Of a stretch of 64,000 nt of DNA, positions 38,862 through 53,549 are shown in pieces. The stretch comes from Mytilus edulis (lineage: Eukaryota), in contig NC_092350.1 of assembly GCF_963676685.1 (NCBI RefSeq), positions 51,460,001-51,524,000 on the forward strand, in the 5' to 3' direction. Within the stretch, counting starts at the first letter, position 1. Each line of letters opens with the position of its first letter. Under the pieces are notes generated by a model. It ran no database searches and had not been told where the DNA came from. It saw only the letters and a program-made list of their open reading frames with translations. Made by a program: the position numbers and the translations under genes.

Positions 38862-40172
38862 GGGACTTATCATTATTTATCTGGAAGGAGGGGGGTGGGG
38901 GCTGGTCAAAATACAGGGGGGATCAAGTTTTTTTCTGTGTGTGAAAAAGGGGGGTTCAAATTTTTTTATAAATTGAAAGTGGGGGATCAATATTTTTTAC
39001 ACATGGAAAAAAGTATTTCACATACTTCAAGAGTCAACATGTCAAGAAGAACATTGCAACAGTCAAATCGAAGTATATTTTTAGCACCATTCATATACAG
39101 TTAAGTAAGATATCACAAGAATTTGATGTAGGAAGCTGCATAGGTGCCTCATTATCCAAATAATTCAGTCGTTGTACATGTATTTCACTCACTTTCATCA
39201 CTAAATTAACAAGCATTACTGCCAAGTTTTGTTTTCATCAGCTCAATAGTTTGAGAGAAATTAAGTATATATTAAAGCGAAATCTGCATAAATACATATA
39301 GCATGCCGCATCATGAAAGAATATAATGTAGAGTAATAAATTCTCCAATAAATGATTAAATATTCATCTTAGAATCTGCAGCTGCATACAAACAGTTGAA
39401 TATTGAATAAAAATTGATTCTGAGATGATGAACACCACTAATGTATCTTTTTGTTTTCATTACAAGATCCCTTCGGGTCCATTTATACCTCTTACTCCCG
39501 CAAAATTTGTACTTTTAGGCTAATAAATCAAAATTTTGAGGCTAATATCACACATTTATGAATGAAATGTGACAATTATTGAGTAACTTAATTGTTCAAG
39601 CTGAAAGCATGAACTATCTCCATATGAAAGTTTAGCGACTCAATTGACATTTCAATAAGGCCTTACGTAAAACTAAGCAGTGTTCAAGCGAAAAACATAT
39701 AATAGATCCCTCTTTGTAAATAATGTGTTGTTACTGTTTAAAAAAGTAATTTTTTTAGAGTTACTAAGGATCAAGTTTTCTTTAATAGCACAATACAGGA
39801 AATGAGAAAAAAAATCAGAAAAAAATTACTCAAAGCACTGGCTTGTGCTACCTACTTAAATTCATGGAAGAGGCCTCATGGACGTGACCTATTTCAAGAC
39901 AATTTTCCCTCAAATATGTTTTTTGACTTAATCCACTGAGAATATTTCATTTTCAATATTTTCGTGAAATAACATGATCAGTGTTTTGCATGTTAAAATT
40001 TTGGCATGTCTAATAGAGGGGGGATCAAAAATTTTTAAATGTTTTTACTGGGGGGATCAAATAAAAATAGTGAAATATTATAGTGGGGGTAAAGAAATTT
40101 TGTATGTTTGATTTCAAAATAACCAGCCCCCCCCCCCCCCTCCCCCTTACAAGGTAAAAAATGATAAGTCCC
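38862..40172. mobile_element. PIF/Harbinger-like non-autonomous DNA transposon (1.3 kb)
   Basis: TAA|GGGACTTATCATT...AATGATAAGTCCC|TAA. The paralogous empty site cgacTAAatgc at about 54936 confirms a 3-bp TSD. Confidence 0.88.
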
Positions 40173-40750
40173 TAAATTCTTTCATAAATAAAACTCAGCA
40201 ATACATTTGCATATTATGCAACTTATGCTCTGTCATTTATGTTTTAAAATTCATTACTATTGATTCGTTGTTGTTTGCATTAAAGCCCAGGGAAAATGAT
40301 TCATGCAAATTCAGGACGAGTACATTAAACAAATAAAGCACTTACACGAATTGGTAGTTTGGGTCGGCTGGAATAAAGGGCGGGAAAGAGGTACATTTTT
40401 ATGACCAGTTACCTAATATTTGTTTCATTCATATTTGATTCGGTAGTTGTTTTAGACACAGAACCTACGAAACATTATTTTTTGCCTCAAATTTCTACTA
40501 TATAAATATCAATATGGCTTAAATGTTATTTCAGGTCACAAAATAAGTGTACGGAGGTCAGTTAAGGTCAAAGATGTCAACTTTAAGATGTTGATAACCT
40601 CATATGAAGATCTATGAAATATCCAGATTATTTCATCCTTTTTATTTTTCAATAAAACTAAACGTAACTTTGAAAGGATTGTAGAATTTATTATTAATAT
40701 AAATTTCAAGGGCCAGACATACATAATTGTTTTCCGAATATTGATTATTT

Positions 40751-42044
40751 TTATACCTTACATATATTTTAAACAATTCTATTGGGTGAAACGTTATCAC
40801 GTGTAATGGAATAATTCAGTTTGTTTTTCATTCAATTGCAAGGAAGGATGAATAACCCTAAAAATTTCCACAAGCTGTGAACCTATTATTCACCGGTGAA
40901 TAGCCTTTTGAGTTTGTTGTTTTTTACTTGAGTTACCTCCCATGAAAATGACGTCACAGACGTAAATAAACAAAATTGCAGCGTTCACGTTAGACTGGAA
41001 GCCCATCGAAGAGGAAATAAGGCATTGGACATGAAAAGAGTGCCAGCAGCCGATGATGTCTCTTATAAAAAGGTCCTTTTCAGGGACATCAATATTTGAA
41101 AAAAAGATTTTACCTTTGTTGTACATTCGAGAAATTCTAGAACACAAAGCCGTCAAAGGTATTTTTGTGTGTGTTATGTAAAGTCCAAAGAATATAGTAA
41201 GTGTTCGAAAGACCTTTCCACTGTTAGTTCGGTATACTAAAACAATTGTGGCCCCTTAGAATCGATGAATTACCAAAATTGTCAACCCTAAAAGGTTATT
41301 TCACTTCGGGCTGCGCCCTCAATGAAAGAACCTTCTCGTGTTGACAATTTTGGATATTCACCTCTTCAACGGGCCATAATTGTATATTATTATACCTTAC
41401 ATATATTTTAAACAATTCTATTGGGTGAAACGTTATCACGTGACATGGAATAATTCAGTTGTTTTTCATTCAATTGCAAGGAAGGACGAATAACCCTAAA
41501 AATTGCCACCATCGGTGAATAACCCTATTATTCACCGGCGAATAACCTTTTGGGATTGTTGATTTGTACTTGAGTTATCTCCCATGAAAATGACGTCACA
41601 GACGTAAATAAACAAAATGGCAGCGTCACATTACACTGGAAGCCCACCGAGAGTCGAGGAAATAAGGCATTGGACATGAATTAGAGTGCCAGCAGCTGAT
41701 GATAGCTCTTAAAGAGTAACGGTCCTTTTCAGGGCCATCAATATTTTACAAAAAGATTCTACCTTTGTTGTACACTCTAGAAATTCTAGAACACAAATGT
41801 ATTTTTAAACGTCAGTTTGTCTTTGACTTTGTTATGTAAAGTTAAAAAATATAGAAAGTGTTCGAAAGGCTTTCCACTGTTAGTTCGGTATAATAAAACA
41901 ATTGTAGCCCCCTAGAATCGATGAATATCCAAAATTGTCAACCCTTAAAAGTTATTTCACTTCGGGCTGCGCCCTCATTGAAATAACCTTCTCGTGTTGA
42001 CAATTTTGGATATTCACCTTTTCAACGGGCCATAATAATATATT
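40751..42044. mobile_element. Head-to-tail dimer (~640-bp units) of a hairpin-ended non-autonomous element (Crypton-like, tentative)
   Basis: Units start ttataccttac at 40751 and 41390, each with a long subterminal palindrome centred on ttcgggctgcgccctc. Absent from the paralogous site at about 55432. Confidence 0.75.
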
Positions 42045-42480
42045 AAACTATTTCTTGCGACTGTGACAATTTAGAACGGCATAATTATTTATCAAGCTTC
42101 AGTTTAAAAGAGGATGACAGACTAAACTTTTATGATATAGCTATATTTTGCCACATATTTTCAGGAGGAGAGAGGCTTATGGATACTAATAACTTATAGT
42201 TGTCGTAAATTAACACAAACTTGATTTTAAAAACGTTTCTGTTTTTAGAAAAGAACCGATGTTATCGCTATTTAAAGAAATTTTCCTTTGATCTAATAAT
42301 TTCCTTTCTCAGCAGAGTCGAGTGATATGAAAAGTATCACTAGGGTACGTGACAACATCGTCATAGGTAAAATAGCGATACACAGGTTATGTTTGGTCAT
42401 ATCAACTCGATTGCTTTTCTCGCTTTCGCCGTTCCGGCTCAAGCGATAGATTCAATCTCATTGAGATGATCAACGATAAA

Positions 42481-43549
42481 GTAGCACTCCACAGTTAGAA
42501 AATGAAATTAAAAATGAGCCACAAAATGTTTTATCATCTCCTATTTCTGGATTTTCAATACATTTACCTAACTGTTTGTGTTGTACATGTGCATATGTAT
42601 GTAATCAGTATCTTCCATAGATTTGATTTTCAAAAGTTAAAAGGGTGAAAAATACTTCCTTGTATGTGTATCCATGGCAACATTCTGCATTTATTTACCA
42701 TAAAATATTGCAAAAGGGGAGTGAACATGTCACATACCCCCCAAACAAAAATTTGGATCAAACTAGCATTTCAATGCCTTTCAGTGATAACTTTTTAGAA
42801 ACTATTGACATTAATCTTCCTAATGATCAAATAAAATATTGTTGTCTTTCGCCTCATTTTTTCGTAAAATCTAATCACAAAGTTCGTGCGACAAAAAGTT
42901 GGAAAAACATTACAATAATTGCCGGACCAATGTATGGTATGGACATATAATACGGACAGTCATACAGTAAGCAGCCTATATAACATGTATGACATAATGT
43001 TGATGTTCATATAAACCCAATACGACGGCTATTTTAGTACTCAGTTATCCAAAATGAATTTTTTGCACACTAGTTCTCATATTTGAAAAATCCAAAATGC
43101 GAAACTACAGGTGGCACGGTAGTATACCCTGGCCCATAAGGGATAATGATAGCCTTTTTAAAATTTTCACTACTTTCTAACACTGCAAAAAATTCTACAT
43201 TCACAGTTAACTGAGTACTTTCATTTTACTATTCAGAAATGAATTTGAATATGTATCATGACCGTTTACTTTTTTTGCTATTTTTAAAAACCTACGGCCA
43301 CTAGTACGTTTAGGTCTTTTACGGTGCAGTGAATACAAAATTTAAAAAAAATTCTCAAAAATTCATTTTCATCTGTATGTAAAATTATTTCATATTTTTC
43401 TACACCTGATTCATCCCTCAGTTTGGGAATATATATAGTCCAATAACACTGTTTAGATATATTTACCTAAGTAGGGTACACAAAAGAGCAACCTAAATTC
43501 TGGAATGCAAATACTACCGTGCCACCTACACACCTAACTGGAGTGCTAC
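42481..43549. mobile_element. TIR element with a second TIR element nested at 43109-43527
   Basis: Outer TIR GTAGCACTCCA..GTTAG / CTAACTGGAGTGCTAC. Inner TIR AGGTGGCACGGTAGTAT / ATACTACCGTGCCACCT. Confidence 0.8.
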
Positions 43550-43564
43550 ATAATCTATAATTAT

Positions 43565-45425
43565 TTGATTTAACCGGAATGGATATGATTTAATCCGGAA
43601 TGGAATTTAAGAACAATAGATAATTCTTCAATGATAAATTAGCATTCGTTTAGATGACGCTTACAATTTGAAAATCACGACTTTACATTTAAAAAGTCTT
43701 AGCAATTCAATACTGTGGTTATAATAGATCGATGATAACTTAATAAGCTATCTAAATCGAGAATGGCAAAACTAGGAATGTTTTACTATCATGAATAAAA
43801 GACAAATCTTTACATCATGGTTATTTTATTATGACTGGCTATCTTCTTATTGAAAACTCTTGAAAAACAGTCATGACAGTCATCGATTACAAATTATTAG
43901 AAGATACCAATAAACGGATAAAAGAAATCTTATCCACGATTTTCATTGTTTGTGGACAATAATTGTTTCTCTACTTTTTATTTATTTCCTATGGTTTTAT
44001 TCAATAAATGTGAAATAATCAATGAAATACCGCCGAGTCGAAAAAACGTTACATCATATAACCCATGTTTGAAAAGTGACACGCTCTCAGTACACATTAG
44101 ATAACCCACTGAAACAAGCCTCCCTAAAACTCATAAATTACAAACTGTATTACATTTTAAACAAGAATGTGTCCTTAGTACACGGATGCCCCACTCGTAC
44201 CATCATTTTCTATTGTCAATGGACCGTGAAATTTAGGTAAAATTTGTTAATCATGTCATAAGGAACATGTGTATTAAGTATTAAGTTGATTGAACATCAA
44301 CTTGGAAAAAAAATAACTACCTTGACCAAAAACTTTAACATAAAGCGGGAAAGACAGACGGATTATTTTTATAAAAGCAGGAGCCAGACATATATTATTG
44401 TTTTTCGAAGTGTCAGGCTTCGAATTAAAAGACGATAACATGCTATACTTTATAAAGCTATATTTGGCCACCTACTAGTATATTTGGAGGATGAGAGAGA
44501 AAGAGTCTAACAGTTTTTGTAAATTAACACTAAAAATTGTTTTAAAACTTCCGTTTTCACCAAAAAAACCTACACTATTTGATTTAATCTGGAATGGGAT
44601 TTAAGAGAAAAAGACAATTCTTTCGCGGAAAGAACATTTCAATTGTAGAATAGTTTTCGGTTAAGTGACAGATTACTATTTAGAAATCACGACTTTACAT
44701 TTTAAAAGCATTAGCAATTTAATACCGTCGTTATAATAGATCGATAAAAACTTAATAAGCTATCTAAATCGAGAATTGCAAAACAAGGAATGTTTTACAA
44801 TTATTGATAAAAGACAAATCTTTACATCATGGTAATTGTATTATGGCAGGCTATCTTATTATTGAAAATCTTGAAAAATGGTCATCGATTAGAAATTATA
44901 AGAAGATATCAATGAACAGATAAAAGAAGTCTTATGAGAGATTTTCATTGTTTGTGGACAATAATCGATTCTCTACTTTTTTAAACTTTTTCCAATGGTC
45001 TTATTCAATAAATGTGAAATAATCAATGAAATACCACACAGTCGAAAACAAACTTTACCTCCTATGACCCATGTTTGAAGAGTGCCACGCTCTAAATACA
45101 CGTTAGATAACCCAATTAATCAAGTCTTTCAGAAACTCTAAGATTACAAATTTTATATCAATATAAACAAGAATGTGTCAATAATAAACGATGTCCCACT
45201 CGCACTATCATTTTCTATGTTCAGTGGATCTTGAATTGAGGTCAAAATTAAATTTGGCATAACAAATAGAACTCTCATATTATTATAAGTAACATGTGTA
45301 CTAAGTTTCAAGTTATTTGGAATTCAACTTCATCAAAAACTACAATGAGCGAAAACTTTAATCTGAAACTGGGCAGACGGACGGATGGAAGGACGGACGC
45401 ACAGACCGAAAAACATAATGCCCCT
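43565..45425. repeat. Diverged ~1-kb tandem duplication
   Basis: 43565-44370 is colinear with 44578-45390. 42130-42260 matches 44445-44570, so the first unit was split by the 42.3-43.55 kb insertions. Confidence 0.85.
45165..45425. mobile_element. Short Helentron-type element (paralogous copy at about 44160-44370)
   Basis: aaacaagaatgtgtc start, (GGAC)n microsatellite, cataatgcccc end. Confidence 0.65.
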
Positions 45426-48400
45426 TAGTCCAATATTGTCGTACTCCCTCCATGTAGACTCACTTTGCTGAATTCATATATAATACCAGACAATTAAAGA
45501 TTTTTCCACAGACTTTAATATTTGAAATTGAATTGCGTGTTAACTGATACAGCAAGTCTGAATATAGATAATATTTCCCTCTGGCATACCACAAGCGACA
45601 ATTAATCAACCAATTAAAGAGGAACATGGATGCCGTTAGGGTATTGAAAGTCGTGGTTTAGAAGCGAAATGGTAGGATTATTATTCTTTAAACGTACTTC
45701 ACATTAAATGCTTTAATATTTTATCCCATCCCTGAATGTTATATCAATAATTATATCAATATTTATATCGATGACCATAAACCACAGTTAAATTTATATG
45801 GTGTATATAAAAAAAGAAGATTGGGTATGATTGCCAATGAGACAACTCTTCACAAGAGACAACATGACAGAGAAATTAACGACGAAAGGTTACCGTTGCA
45901 ACTTTATTTTGAATTAAAATAAATTCAATTCTTGCGTACGATATCTAAACTTTACTAGGTTTTGAATTCTGGAATTTTTAGGTACAGGGGAAAATGGCAT
46001 TGCCTCTTTTTACTGAAATTGATTAAACATAAAAAATACATTGAAGCTCAGACTTTTCAAAATTGTTTATCCTACAATAACAACATACACCAACCTCAAC
46101 CTCATAAAATATTATAGTTTCAAAATTTTGAGAACATTTAAAAGTCTGAGATTTGAACATGTCACTCTGCTTAATTATTTACAAAAAAGGTCTGTAATTG
46201 TTTGGTATATATGCATAATTATGTATTTTTCTGTATTCTTAAGTTGAAACATACAAGTCCAAGCATGTAATCATAGTCATGTTTGTTTCGACGATACCTT
46301 ATACGTGTCCCTCCCTTTTCTTTATTTAAAGTTTGATAATGTTCATAAAAATAAGGTTTGAATATTTTTATTGTTTATTTCTCGCTATTTTGAACAAACC
46401 AACACGTTAAGCTTGTTGCCGATGGCTCCTACCATCCTTGATATTATTTTTGCATGTGCAGACTTTGTTGGTTTATACGTTACAAAGGATGGGAGCATTA
46501 AATCAATAATCTTTATTTTATAGTCCTTATGATATATTATATATTAATGTTGGTTATTGTTAGTTTTTTGTTGTGCCTAAGGCGATGATATTTTGATTGA
46601 AAAATAAGAATTTAATATTAACGTAATATTGAAGAGACAGGATTTTGTAATTTATTATAATTGGGTTATAACGAAGTATAATAACATGCGTATATTAAGT
46701 CGAAGGTATATAATGTACAATTATATCCAAGCTCCTTTGTTATCCCAGAAGTGATGTGAGCCAAACATTTATTTATCGTAACTATGATCAGTGATATAGA
46801 TACAATGGACAAGCGTTGATTCTTCAAAAAGAAGCCATGAGCCCGACCGGCGCGACGGATTTAGGAAGCGTGGATTCTAGAAAAAGAAACCCACTGTTAA
46901 TGAACAGGCTGACGTCCCCACAATGGTTTAAATCTGATTAAAATTCAGATCTATCGCAACTCGCTTACACGCCAGAGATGAGCATAACGAATCAGAGATC
47001 TATACTTTTATTCGATTGTCACATAATCATCGGTGCAATATACTTTTGTAGTTGTGTAGAATATCATAATGCTTGATGGAGATGTAGTATTTCCTTTGTT
47101 TTGGTTTAAGTGTATTTTAAATGTTTTTCTTTTAGCTCCTTTAATGGTAGTTTTTAATTTTGGTTTCTTGGGTTGACATTTCCTTTTCTTGTCTTTAATT
47201 CTACGTGCTTTTTCGAACAAAAACTTTCTTATAGGAATTTAAAAGAGAGAAGAGTGATTGTGTTATTCTGATTATAATTCTAAAATATAGATACATGTGT
47301 ACTGTGGGAAATAAGCGATCCAAATATTTTCTCCTTTAAAGTAAAATTTAATATCCCATACTTATTCATAGACTCATAAATTCATAATGTACGTCAGGAT
47401 AATCCTACGTGTTCATGACGTTTATGTTTATAAGCTGACGTTAATCGCTCCATAACGGATTTCAAAACCAGACAGACCTTGCTTTTGTAAACATGTAGGT
47501 AGCTCATCTTGCCATCCACTATTTTTATCAAACTATATTTAAATTTGGAGACACGAGACACGTTTTCAGTTCCTTAAATGTTTTTTCCAGTTTGCCAAAA
47601 ATGATATTATATATATCTCGCATTTTCGTCAATTTTTTCGGCATCCACTGGTCTGCAGTTTAGTTTTATATCAAATGAAATGCTATCTTGGTAGTTCAAA
47701 GGTAGTGACACTGTTCCCTCTCATTCGATGTTCCACTTCCTGTTTGCTTAAAACTTCCATCATTAAGATATCAAGCACCTATTTGAAATTTTGATCGAAT
47801 TAAGTCATCAACCATGATTGAGCGGGGATATTATTAATGAACATTTGTAATAGTGCATCTTGTTTAAATCTCGTTTCCTTAATGTTAATTCCATTTACTT
47901 GTTTTGTAAACGTTGATTTAGTTCAGAATGCGTGACTTTGTTTTAACTGCAGTGCAGTGAATTACGCAATTGTTCGGGTTTTTTTTTTTTAACTTTGTAG
48001 GAACTGTAGTATCAGTGATATTATTACTGTATTATCCATCAAAGCGTGACCCAATTTGCAAAGAAAATTATTACACAATCCACTACATCGCACTAGAGCT
48101 TTAGTATAAATTGATAAAAGCGATCGAAAACCATATTTTTGTCGTGTAATGATTGACGTTACGTAAGAGTAATTTGTTAAATTTCTATTTGAAAATTCTT
48201 CCATTTGCGTTAAATTCTAGTAACGACTTGAAAATGGGAGGAATCCGTGAAGTGTAATTGTAAAACAATGTTATAACATTGACGCTGTACATTCTATTTT
48301 ATCTTGTTTGATTAATCTCTTCAGAGATGTTTTGACAGAGGTGCCGTGGAGTTAAAAAGACAAATCTAATTTAGCGTTTGCTAGATATGAGTAAGCAAAA

Positions 48401-48859
48401 AAAGATTTAAACCGATTTATTTTTCCGAACAAAGATTGCAATAAAAATCATGTAAAAAAATAGACTAATATATTGCCAAAAAGAAAATCGACAAAGTTCA
48501 AAATATATTCAATCGTCATTTGCCATACACAGAAAAGAGTAGACTTTTTCTAAGTGTTAATTTAAATAAAAATTAATTTGTACCGTACAAAGTTTATAGA
48601 AGAGGGACTAAAGAATAAACAACACGAACCCCATCAAATATAGCTGTTACTATATAGATATATTTCTGAAATAGAACATTTTAATCATGACCAGTGTTCT
48701 TCACAAAATGAAGAATAATCCAATTGAAATATACTATATTTTTAAATCTAAAAATGAAAATAATCTTTATATATAATGGTTTTGTTGTAGTGTAATGTAA
48801 TACCGCTAGTAGTATAGCTACAGCGCTATTGTTCTTGTCACGAAGAATTAATAAAGTGA

Positions 48860-49225
48860 ATAAAAAAAATTATTCTATATTGGAATTATTTTAGTAGGTT
48901 TCTCTATATGAATTGGATTTTGAATAAATCATATTCACCTGAGAAAGTGTTATTCACCGCGCTAAACGTCACGCGCTTTTACATGCAACGTTATGGTAAA
49001 ATGTTTCGTGTAAAATTTGTTTTGGTATATGTTTGTCATTAAATACATTTTCTTTTCTCAGAATATGGAATAAAACAATTACTGTCTTTTGTTTCGGTAA
49101 ATATGGGGTTTTATTGACTTTTGAAAAAACTGATATTCACTTCGGCCGTCGGCCTCAGTGAATATCATTTTTTCAAAAGTCAATAAAACCGCATATTTAC
49201 CTCATCCAAAGACAGTAATTGTATA
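48860..49225. mobile_element. Hairpin-ended non-autonomous element (same family as 3254-3620)
   Basis: Long palindrome acaattactgtcttt...ttcacttcggccgtcggcctcagtgaa...aaagacagtaattgt. Absent from the paralogous block near 57.0 kb. Confidence 0.75.
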
Positions 49226-51781
49226 TTGTTCTTGTCATCAAGAATGGTTTATGTGCATATGTTCTTGTTCATGATGAATGACTAAAGCACAAATGTTCTT
49301 TTCAAGAAGAATTCTTAAGATGCAAATATTCTAGATTTATTTTTCTAGATTTATTCGTTCAGTTTATGTTTATAAAGTATACTTGTTTTTGTTAATATTT
49401 ATTTCTAATCGAGTTTTATAAAAGCCATTTCAATTGATATTATGTATTCTTATGTTGTAATGGTATACCTCTGTATCAGGTCAGGATAAAGGATGGCGCT
49501 TGTCAAATGTGTAAACCTGCTGCATTGGCCTTAGTCAGTAACCTGTTGTTTAGTGGTTGTCGGTTGTAGTGTGGTTCATAAGTGTTTCTAGTGTCTGTTG
49601 GAGTATCAAGGATATACGTTGAACGTATATGAGACAGAAATTTAAACATGTGTGCCTTCTAAAAACACATCAAAGTAAAACAAGAACAACATAAAACAAG
49701 TTTGTAGGGATATACTTTTTTTCCCTTTTGAACTATGTAAATGAATATTAGAATCTATCACATGTCTTTTTGCGTTTTTGTGTGTTCTGTTTGTGTGCGA
49801 TTTTGTGTGTTTTTGTGTTTTTTGTTTTTGTTTATTTGTCACCTCATTGACCTGTTCACATTTAAGGAATAAAATCAGTTGCTGGAAATATATTATACTG
49901 GAAATGTCAATGATACCTTACCATGTATAATATGAACTGATGCCATCACGACTCTTTCTAATACATGTTAGTTTTCAATAGCGAGATCCGTTGGAAAAAA
50001 CTACTAATGCATTCTCCTCTTGGAAAAGCTGATTAGGACCAATCTATGAAATATTAAGTTAATCCTTACATGCTATAGGATACTACAACGATTTCAGATC
50101 GATTTCTCTTTTCCTAGGATCTGCTAATGAAAGAACTATCCTTTATACTAACGTTATGAACTAACATTGCATGCGAGCAATATGATATCTTTCGGTATAT
50201 GTTATTGGAATACTAATAAAACAAAAAAGCTTACGCTTGATTTGATTTGGAGAGTCACTAAAAAGTAATTTACCATGACGTTCAGATATGAAACCATTTA
50301 GTACATAGCCCCATTGCTTTCTATGCTAAATTCTGCAATTTCAAGTATTAATGGCTATGCTGCCAGAAGTTCAAATAGAGTGGCATTCCTTTCAGTTCAA
50401 AACTATACTTTGTTGAAAAAAAGGAGACTGCCATTGCGTTTGAGAACAACAAAGTATTTCGACCTAAAACTATAATGCAACAAATCAATCAAATGCAACC
50501 CCACCCTTCACCTGAACAACAAACGTTTTTAAAGTACATTGAACGGCATTACTAATCATTACTCTGAGGCATTACTAATTAATTACAAAATAAAAGAAAT
50601 CACTTATTTTGAAGCCATATCTGTAAAATTTCTTTCGTCTTTCTGTCCATGCTTAATCTATACAAATGAGAAAGTTTCGCGAGGGAGCCTTCAGACATAT
50701 CACTTTCGAGTATGTACATAACAGACGCGCTACTTCTTGTTACCAGAGTTTGCTTGACACATGGTCTAGACATACCATGCTGAAATGTACAAATTGATTC
50801 AAAGGTGTCTATTGGATTACTTGACCAGAAAAAGATTTAATTTTTATATCGGCAATGTTATAAAAGATCAAAAAATTTAAGGACAGGTATATGTCGAATC
50901 TCTATGACCTTGTCCCAGATATTCATGTCATCCGTCTCTTGAAGAATGATTGTTCAACAGTATTTTAAAAATACTACTCTAATATTCTTGTTAATGTAGA
51001 ATTATATATATATGGTTGATAAGCAACAAACAGAACCCATCTTCATTTGCATATGTTTTATATTGAATTTTAATGGTGATAGATTATTACTAATGATATA
51101 TGTTACATGCATTAGGGATACTGATTTTTATTATCTATGACTCGTTTTGCAGAATAATTTAGAATTATCTTTTTAAATCTATCATAAACTAGTAGTTAAA
51201 AAGCAATTTTTAGAAATCTCAAATTATCTCAAATTTTCTCTTTCTTTTTCAATAGAAAAAAATGTCAATTTTAGATTTATGAGAGAATCATTTCTTGCCA
51301 AATTTTTGATTGCTTATCTCACAAAACATGGACACAGACCTTTAATTTTTTATGCTTATTCTAGTTCTGTTATTCATAAACAATTAATCTATAACAATAG
51401 TTTAAACTTGGAAATTGTAAACATAGCTGCACAAATCGTTCAATAATTCCCTTTATTCCTAATATTGTTCATAAAAAAACAATCGGATTCATTCTGATGT
51501 TAGCCTTAACGTCATATAGAAATTCTATATTAGTTGAATCCCTTGATTACCATAATAATCTTATTTATAGGCTAATAGAACTGACCAGTTGAGCAGAATT
51601 GTTGTTGACGTAGATAATTTAGACAATTAGAAGAGGAGATAAAATTCACGGATTGAATTAAAATCTGCTCTTTGATAAGTTACATCGTCTCGGAGTTTAA
51701 ATTCAAAAATATAGTTCTGAAAAAGAATATGGAAAAAGTATACTTTTTTGTTGTTTTTTTTTTTTTGTTTTTTTAGGGGGA

Positions 51782-52697
51782 CAGCATTGTTGAAAATACA
51801 AAATCCAACATTTTTTTTCTATGAATCATGGCGTTAGTCTTATTAATTTCCTTGAGCAGAAATGAGTAATATCTGGAAGTTCATAGCAGAATGTCTTTTG
51901 AAAGCTGGATATATATAAATAGCGTGAATTATAAAAAAAAATCAGCCTTGCACATGCCGTAAGAATAATACATCAGTATGACAGATCATTAGAAATAGTT
52001 TTCCAATATTTTCCAGGTCTTCGTTTACCATAAAAGATCAGACCAGTGAAATGCATATTAGAATAAGGAGCATTCAGCATTGTTGAAAATACAAAATCAT
52101 ATCTTTAAAAAAAAAATCCAACATTTTTTTTTCTATGAATCATGGCGTTAGTCTTATTAATTTCCTTGAGCAGAAATGCGTAATATCTGGAAGTTCATAG
52201 CAGAATGTCTTTTGAAAGCTGGATATATATAAATAGCGTGAATTATAAAAAAAAAATCAGCCTTGCACATGCCGTAAGAATAATACATCAGTATGACAGA
52301 TCATTAGAAATTGTTTTCCAATATTTTCCAGGTCTTCGTTTACCATAAAAGATCAGACCAGTGAAATGCATATTAGAATAAGGAGCATTCAGCATTGTTG
52401 AAAATACAAAATCATATCTTTAAAAAAAAAATCCAACATTTTTTTTTCTATGAATCATGGCGTTAGTCTTATTAATTTCCTTGAGCAGAAATGCGTAATA
52501 TCTGGAAGTTCATAGCAGAATGTCTTTTGAAAGCTGGATATATATAAATAGTGTGAATTATAAAAAAATCAGCCTTGCACATGCCGTTAGAATAATACAT
52601 CAGTATGACAGATCATTAGAAATTGTTTTCCAATATTTTCCAGGTCTTCGTTCACCATAAAAGATCAGACCAGTGAAATGCATATTAAAATAAGGAG
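51782..52697. repeat. Recent tandem triplication of a ~315-bp unit
   Basis: Units start cagcattgttgaaaatac at 51782, 52075 and 52390 and are nearly identical. A single diverged unit lies at about 63340-63603. Confidence 0.95.
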
Positions 52698-53549
52698 AGC
52701 GATTATTAACTGTCATTTTCATATGTTTGTGTTTTTCAATTTTCATGGAAAAGATCTATTGAAAAGTATGATGATGTCATATTTATGCCATATATTTACT
52801 CCAGAGACAGTATCCGTCAATTGGATATCCGTCATATAGAATAACAAAGATACAAAACCGGATTTGAATATCCAGACGGAAGAAATTTTTAATAAATTGC
52901 AAAAGGGAAAGATCAAGCACACCAATCGCATGGAAAACATCTGTCATATTCCTGACTTGTTACAATCATTTCCTTATGTCGGAAATGGTTGTTAACAAAA
53001 GCTCATCATTTATTTGAAGGACTGCTATCTATGTTTGACCATCCGTATTCATATCCATATGTTTTTCTGTTTTCGTCATTTCGGTTTCAAACATCTGAAC
53101 AGCATCGTTGCAACTCATGCATTACTCTTATTTATTGAACGCGTTTGGCGAAAATGTGTGGCCCTTTTGTTTTTGTTTTATTCGCTATTAATCACATGTT
53201 CTAAAGTGGCAGTTGTGGTATAAATGTGTATCTACGATTCATTTAACCTAATACTATTCGATATTGACGTTTTAAAGGTTTGAAGGGCAGGTTCACACTT
53301 TCCGTGTTTGTTTATTAGAGAGGTACTGATTAGCATAAAATACAGATTTTTGATAGGTTTCTGTCATATTTAGTGAAATGTCTTTCATTTAGTTTTTGAG
53401 TTTATCCAACATTAGAAACAATTGAAGTGGTAACAGCAGCGTGCCTTTCCTCTTGTATCGAGTCAGATCGTATTACCTTTGTAGAGTACATCGCTCTATA
53501 GATATAAGTATGCTCATTCCAGAAATAAACTCAAGAAAAGACATGCCAA

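Noticed and set aside
47008-47220. Lys-rich 70-aa ORF
   Set aside because: Explained by A-rich low complexity, with no ATG and no homology evidence.
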